DNA from: a virus
Lineage: Duplodnaviria; Caudoviricetes
Length of the DNA: 29,439 nt
IMG/VR virus record: IMGVR_UViG_3300044297_000136
Location: 1-29,439 of that record
Direction: 5' to 3' (one strand)
The position numbers and the translations under genes are program-made. Shown here piece after piece: positions 24,675 through 29,439 of the stretch. Position 1 is the stretch's first letter. Every line of letters begins with the position of its first letter. The notes beneath the pieces were generated by a model, which was not told the DNA's origin, did no database searches, and saw only the letters and a program-made list of their open reading frames with translations.

Positions 24675-25908
24675 TCTTTCCTATTTCTGGTAAATTATCA
24701 TAGATTGGTGTTACCACGCCACGATTAATATCCCAGTCTAGGTAAAAATCAAACTCTTGTCCATGACGATTCTTTCTAGATACAACCTCAATTAAATTTG
24801 TATTGGGGTATCTGTGAATTGCCATAGCCATATCGGCATCATATTCAATTGCTTTTGACCAAGCAACCTGGCTCATCATTGGTGGTTCATCTTGATCTGA
24901 AATGTCATCTGCTGTAGCAGCAGTAATATCAATAATTGGTATGTTGTTAGATACTGCAAGCAACTTAAATTCACGAGAAATATTTCTATTTCTTTCTACT
25001 TCCGAATGACTTCTTTTATTATCATTAAATAATTGGTGATAGTCCAAGATAACCAAATCTGGTTTATGCTGATCTATCTTTGCTTGTACCGTTGCTGGTG
25101 TTACTTCTGAGGTTCCCTCGTTTGATACAAGGATAAAACTATTTTTGCCATCGAATTTTTTATTGCTCCATGTTCTAAAGTCATCAATATTTATGTCACC
25201 CTTAGACAAATCGCTTGCACGGAATATTCCAGATCCGAGCATGGTATAAATGCGATCACGCATATTTTCTGGAGACATTTCAAGGGATATGATCATGGGC
25301 TTAAAACCCTGCTCCCAAGCCTTACAGGCGATGTAAGAGGTAAACCATGTCTTTCCCCTTCCGGGCCAGCCGATAGCGACTATAAGATGCCCTGGAGCCA
25401 TTCCTGTGGGGTATGCTTTGTCTATTGCCTCAAAGCCAGTGAGGATGCCTGGGCTTCCGCCCATAATTGCCGATCTATCTTTAACTGCCTGGAAATGCCT
25501 CTCAGCAGAATCTATATCTATAACATCAATATCTCTGACCGTATTTGTAAATCTTGATAAATTTGCCAGCTTGCTTTGCATTTCATCTAATACTTTAGAT
25601 GCAGCATTTTCTTTTAGGGCAGCACCTGATTGAAGCAGGATATTTTTAATCCTTGCAGAGATATATTCATTCTTTAACTTATCTAAGTAGTAAGCAGTTT
25701 CTCCGTTTACCTCTACTGGATCAAAGTCTCTATGCTTCTCCATAAGAACGCCAGAATCCGGAACCGCTTTAAACTTGTAGTAATATGACTTTAGGGATTC
25801 CCAAACATCTTTATGTGATGTAAATATATCATCAACATTGTGTGCAAGTAGCGTACTTATATCCTTATTCTTGCATACTGCAGATATTACCTCTGCCTCA
25901 ATATTCAT
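24667..25908 (-). CDS. dnaB: DnaB-like replicative helicase
   Basis: GWPGRGKT, SLEM, ILDY, ISREFKLLA, IEYDAD and KNRHG motifs. Confidence 0.92.
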   Translation of the reverse strand: MNIEAEVISAVCKNKDISTLLAHNVDDIFTSHKDVWESLKSYYYKFKAVPDSGVLMEKHRDFDPVEVNGETAYYLDKLKNEYISARIKNILLQSGAALKENAASKVLDEMQSKLANLSRFTNTVRDIDVIDIDSAERHFQAVKDRSAIMGGSPGILTGFEAIDKAYPTGMAPGHLIVAIGWPGRGKTWFTSYIACKAWEQGFKPMIISLEMSPENMRDRIYTMLGSGIFRASDLSKGDINIDDFRTWSNKKFDGKNSFILVSNEGTSEVTPATVQAKIDQHKPDLVILDYHQLFNDNKRSHSEVERNRNISREFKLLAVSNNIPIIDITAATADDISDQDEPPMMSQVAWSKAIEYDADMAMAIHRYPNTNLIEVVSRKNRHGQEFDFYLDWDINRGVVTPIYDNLPEIGKNA

Positions 25909-26219
25909 TACGCCTCCTCCACTAACTTTTTAGTAAGCCTTCTTAAGTTTTCTCTATTCTGTATATCTTTATCAATCTCTTGTTTCATAAAATCTAGACG
26001 ATCAAAGTTATAAAAGAAAAAAGAAATCGGATGACTTGATCTACCTGTTTTAAAGTAATATTCTAAAAGCTCTTTAGTTCTGTCGAACCCGATAGAATCA
26101 ATAACATCTTGCATAGCCCACTTTTCTCTATACTTATTTAATTTTGGCTTCTTGTTATACTTAGCAAAATATAAAGACTCATAGATACCTAATAAAATAT
26201 AAGGCTCTTGATTAGCCAT
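25908..26219 (-). CDS. hypothetical protein
   Basis: TAATG coupling to dnaB. Confidence 0.72.
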   Translation of the reverse strand: MANQEPYILLGIYESLYFAKYNKKPKLNKYREKWAMQDVIDSIGFDRTKELLEYYFKTGRSSHPISFFFYNFDRLDFMKQEIDKDIQNRENLRRLTKKLVEEA

Positions 26220-26418
26220 TATTCTTTAACTCTTTTTCTATCTCTTGTGTTTTTTCTATAAGCTTATTTTCTACAAAAGCATATACTCTTTCGGTGGCAG
26301 ATTCAACAGTTTCTCCAGACCTTACAAAATCCTCAATACCAATTCCAATTTTGATACTTTCATAATTTCCAAGGTTTCGTGTAAAAGATAAGTCTACCTT
26401 TACTTTTGTGTCTGACAT
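26212..26418 (-). CDS. hypothetical phage protein (TRNLGNYES motif)
   Basis: The likely start is ATG 26418, overlapping the upstream TAA. Confidence 0.7.
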   Translation of the reverse strand: MSDTKVKVDLSFTRNLGNYESIKIGIGIEDFVRSGETVESATERVYAFVENKLIEKTQEIEKELKNNG

Positions 26419-26900
26419 TAATCCGCCTTCCATACTGGCACAAAGTTGCCTTCTGAGGTTTTAGTATACAATATAATATTGTGTTTGAGAAGAGCACTTA
26501 GCTCTGTCTTTGAAAGTAAATTACCGCTATAACCAGAATCTATTATAAATTCATGCAAATCAAATATGTCTTTCTGATTAAACATAAACTTGTAGTATTT
26601 GCTTTCCGGCTTTCCTATTGGGTATATTTTTTGTGGCTGCCTAATCTTGCCCTCTAATATATACTCTTCAATGGTAACCTTATGCCTTTGCAGAATATCT
26701 GCCACTTCTTTTGTGCTGTATGCATTCTCCATATACTTTTTTACCTGAGAATATGAATACAAAACTCTAGTATGATCTGGATAGCACCATGCTATCAATT
26801 CATCTTTTGCCTTCGATGCTTTTAATACACGATGAATTTTATCGTTTAAAAAGAAATAGACAAATCTTTTTGATGAATTATTTCTAGTCGCTCTAGCCAT
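26418..26900 (-). CDS. MerR/excisionase-like HTH DNA-binding protein
   Basis: AYSTKEVADILQRHKVTIEEYILEGKI..P. Confidence 0.7.
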   Translation of the reverse strand: MARATRNNSSKRFVYFFLNDKIHRVLKASKAKDELIAWCYPDHTRVLYSYSQVKKYMENAYSTKEVADILQRHKVTIEEYILEGKIRQPQKIYPIGKPESKYYKFMFNQKDIFDLHEFIIDSGYSGNLLSKTELSALLKHNIILYTKTSEGNFVPVWKAD

Positions 26901-27034
26901 CTACCCAATCCGTTTGTGTCTTTGTTTAACATCCAGCGTTTGCCACAACCAATACAAAAAAGCTCCATATGTAGTTTTTGGGAGAATACACGATCAATAA
27001 AAACTCTTCCCCCGCATTTTTGGCAATGCATCAT
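26846..27034 (-). CDS. Zn-ribbon protein
   Basis: CQKCGGR and CIGCGKRW motifs. Confidence 0.75.
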   Translation of the reverse strand: MMHCQKCGGRVFIDRVFSQKLHMELFCIGCGKRWMLNKDTNGLGRWLERLEIIHQKDLSISF

Positions 27035-27834
27035 AACTTAAACACCTTACCATCAACAACACAAGAATACTCTGGAGATATTTGAATCATTTGTATATGT
27101 GGCCATTGTCCATTTTCGATATGAGCAATAGCAAATCCCTTTTGCCAGTCATGATGTTGCATATATTTCATGCCAGAGCTTTTTTCATCACACATGTGAC
27201 CTATCTCAAAACCTCGGATTGTTTCACCATTCCCATCATTTCTTAATTCATAAGTTTGGAAATGTGATGCCATTCTGTGAGAGTGGCCTCTAATCAAAGA
27301 AATTTGTAGATCATTCATATCTTTGCGTACAGCACCTGTTTCTGAAATAGATAATCCATGATGCACATGTATATCGCCAAATCTATGCTTGGGTAATTCA
27401 TTGTAGTAAATATATTCGTATCCTAATGAATCTAGACTCCACAAAGATTCTGGAGTTACCTGTGATATATAATCTGGCAACTTTGCATCTACATAATTAA
27501 ATATTCTAACATCGTGATTTCCAAGAGCAGAGAATAACTGTGCGTTCGGAAGCATCTCTCTTGTCTTGATATAGAAATCCCTTGCTCCCTTTGCTTCGTG
27601 TCTCATGGTTGGAACAATTAAATCTTTGCTATCTGTTTTATGTAGATTTAAAAACTCAGCTGATCTTCCTTCAGTATACTTACTATAACATGCTTGATCG
27701 TCTGTATCGCCAAGATAATCTACAACATCCGGCTTAAACCATTTCATAACCTTAAACCAAAGCTCAATAGCTTTGTCATCTTGGTATGGAAATTGTTGAT
27801 CTGACGATAACATCCATTTCAAATCATTGCTCAT
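27031..27834 (-). CDS. calcineurin-like metallophosphoesterase
   Basis: SD, LGD..D, GNHD, HG and GHSH motifs. Confidence 0.88.
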   Translation of the reverse strand: MSNDLKWMLSSDQQFPYQDDKAIELWFKVMKWFKPDVVDYLGDTDDQACYSKYTEGRSAEFLNLHKTDSKDLIVPTMRHEAKGARDFYIKTREMLPNAQLFSALGNHDVRIFNYVDAKLPDYISQVTPESLWSLDSLGYEYIYYNELPKHRFGDIHVHHGLSISETGAVRKDMNDLQISLIRGHSHRMASHFQTYELRNDGNGETIRGFEIGHMCDEKSSGMKYMQHHDWQKGFAIAHIENGQWPHIQMIQISPEYSCVVDGKVFKL

Positions 27835-27885
27835 TATATACCTTAATACTAAAAAGTTATCTGATAATAACTCTATACTTCGTAT

Positions 27886-27913
27886 AGTGTATCAAATAAC
27901 GTGAGTTTGTCAA
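27886..27913 (-). promoter_or_regulatory. promoter at the head of the replication block
   Basis: TTGACA (27908-27913), 16-nt spacer ending in TGA, TACACT (27886-27891). Confidence 0.65.
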
Positions 27914-27916
27914 TTA

Positions 27917-28330
27917 CTATTTTAACTTGATTATTTTTGTTTGAGCTGCAATCCAGTTAATTACAAATGGATCTTCTTTTGCAGTTGATTTAACATATAC
28001 AGTAAATTTATCATCTGATAAAACTTCAGATACGGATACTGATACATTTCCTTTTGTTTTTCCTACTACAGTTGCTGTGACAATCGGAAATGTCTTCTTA
28101 TCAATATATGAAAATATTCCATTAGGCATTGTTACCGATTTTGCAATTTCTTTAGGGCCAGCTCCAGTAATATCAATTGTACCCTGTGCTGTAATTGCTA
28201 TTTGTGCTTCAGTTGCTGTAGAACTCGCAGTCTTAAATGCTTGGATGGCGTCCTCTAACTTAATTATACGGCTTTGCATATCATTAAGTTTAGAAATATC
28301 TAACGGTTCTCCGTCGGTAAAAGTTGCCAC
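27917..28330 (-). CDS. probable minor tail or fibre-associated protein
   Basis: F.DGEPLD..KLN N-terminus, coiled coil, and a beta-rich C-terminus ending INWIA. Confidence 0.6.
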   Translation of the reverse strand: MATFTDGEPLDISKLNDMQSRIIKLEDAIQAFKTASSTATEAQIAITAQGTIDITGAGPKEIAKSVTMPNGIFSYIDKKTFPIVTATVVGKTKGNVSVSVSEVLSDDKFTVYVKSTAKEDPFVINWIAAQTKIIKLK

Positions 28331-28737
28331 TACAGATTCTCTCCTAATTCATGCATATTAGTTTCTATATCTGAAACTTCGATAACCCTAGATCTATCTA
28401 AACCATATCTGGTAAAAGAATCCGGACTAACGATATGCCTTCTTTTGTTTTGCGATATCAAATACATTTTACCATCTGCTATATTCTTTATCAATGCCCC
28501 ATCACGAAAACCTAGCTTTCCCACCAATTTCATATGGGTTACCGCAGATTCGGTGGCCTCTATTGTATTAAAAGACCAAGAGTCTGCTGCACGATCAGAA
28601 ATTAACTTATATCTCTTTCCATCTTTAATCCAGTAAGTTCCTTTATCGGTTTTTACTGCAAGACCGGAAGGGAAATTAGTCGTTTGGGTTACTAATGATA
28701 TCGCTAAGGTGGTCTTCGTATTCTTGAATAGCCCCAT
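28330..28737 (-). CDS. hypothetical protein with two internal beta repeats
   Basis: GLAVKTDKGTYWIKDGKRY resembles GALIKNIADGKMYLISQNKRR. The likely start is ATG 28737. Confidence 0.7.
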   Translation of the reverse strand: MGLFKNTKTTLAISLVTQTTNFPSGLAVKTDKGTYWIKDGKRYKLISDRAADSWSFNTIEATESAVTHMKLVGKLGFRDGALIKNIADGKMYLISQNKRRHIVSPDSFTRYGLDRSRVIEVSDIETNMHELGENL

Positions 28738-28867
28738 CCTTGGCAGTCCTCTCATTAACAAGCATTGTTATTTCTGCTCTCAAAATAGCAATTTGAGTTT
28801 CATAATTTGATGTAATTTCACCAATTCTTTGTTGCAAGGCTGCAACAACTAATTCTGCTTTATCCAT
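28676..28867 (-). CDS. small coiled-coil protein
   Basis: SD AAGGAG; heptad pattern. Confidence 0.75.
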   Translation of the reverse strand: MDKAELVVAALQQRIGEITSNYETQIAILRAEITMLVNERTAKDGAIQEYEDHLSDIISNPND

Positions 28868-28887
28868 TATTCTCCTTAGACATTACC

Positions 28888-29439
28888 TTATGATACCATA
28901 TTCTTTTCTAGATTTTCAACCCTAGCAGCAAGTTCTTGGATTGCTTTAACAATGGGGGAAATAAATTCAGTATAATTAAGACTTTGATTGGAATTAGGAT
29001 CATTTAAGTCTGCAATAACCCAGCCTCCAAAATCTTCTACTCCTATCTGATCAATAGATTGTTTAACTTCTTGTGCTATGAATCCCCAATGAGTTCTTTT
29101 TCCTGGAACTGATTTAGTATAACTATCAAGGTTATTTCTATCTATCACAGTTTCATCTTTATTAATTAATTCATTTCCACCCTCTATCCATTTATAACTT
29201 ACTGGATTTAAAGTTTTTATAAAGCTAAGTCCTAAACTTGATGGTTTAATGTCAGTTTTTAATCTTTGATCTGATGGGTTAACTGTAGAAAAAGCATATA
29301 AAGTTTTCCATGCATAAGTACCATATACTCCAGAATATCCTAAATCATATGTGTTATTAAATGTTGGAGTCCAGTTTGTGGTAACAGAATTAATATAATA
29401 CATAAGATAATTATCTACTTGCAATGAATTATATATTCT
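28888..29439 (-). CDS. tail fibre/spike C-terminus with S74 intramolecular chaperone (partial)
   Basis: SDQRLKTDI, L.PVSY.W, GFIAQEV, LNY......VKAIQEL. The frame is open to the window end. Confidence 0.9.
   Translation of the reverse strand, partial: RIYNSLQVDNYLMYYINSVTTNWTPTFNNTYDLGYSGVYGTYAWKTLYAFSTVNPSDQRLKTDIKPSSLGLSFIKTLNPVSYKWIEGGNELINKDETVIDRNNLDSYTKSVPGKRTHWGFIAQEVKQSIDQIGVEDFGGWVIADLNDPNSNQSLNYTEFISPIVKAIQELAARVENLEKNMVS

Noticed and set aside
12636-25908. Inteins or introns in terL, recA, dnaE or dnaB
   Set aside because: Lengths are ordinary, motifs are contiguous, and I saw no intein splice-junction or LAGLIDADG signature.
804-28636. All plus-strand ORFs in the track
   Set aside because: They lie antisense to well-supported minus-strand genes, lack motifs and ribosome-binding sites, and look like shadow frames.
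26846-28737. Programmed frameshifts at the long gene overlaps (26846-26900, 28676-28737)
   Set aside because: Each downstream ORF has its own ATG, and I found no clear slippery heptamer with a stimulatory structure.
1-29439. Stop-codon reassignment (TAG or TGA read-through)
   Set aside because: Conserved genes are intact under the standard code, coding density is high, and none of the tRNAs is a suppressor.

Overview
This window is a 29.4-kb segment of a large, AT-rich tailed dsDNA phage. All supportable genes lie on the minus strand. The host is most likely an actinobacterium, inferred from WhiB, an FmdB-type Zn ribbon and apparently leaderless promoters; the gene order recalls large Streptomyces BE/BK-like and freshwater actinophages. 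In transcription order (right to left) the window holds: the end of a tail-fibre gene with an S74 chaperone; a replication/recombination block (metallophosphoesterase, HTH, DnaB, primase, SSB, DnaE, MazG-like, RecA, resolvase-like, Cas4-like, RuvC-like); small and large terminase; four tRNAs (Arg-UCU, Asn-GUU, CAU probably Ile2, Thr-UGU) interleaved with ORFs; and an accessory region of short cassettes, each with its own promoter (Dps, CHAP endolysin, Hsp20, FmdB, collagen fibre, PA14/FN3 exported protein with two membrane proteins, a modular protein, a secreted subtilisin, WhiB, an HslV-like Ntn hydrolase). Three observations stand out. (1) Two ORFs each use the U8-A9-G10 of the downstream tRNA as their stop codon, and one is framed almost exactly by two tRNAs. 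(2) A ROSE-like RNA-thermometer hairpin covers the hsp20 ribosome-binding site. (3) A compact pseudoknot-like element sits in the FmdB leader. All calls come from reading motifs by eye; no database searches were run.
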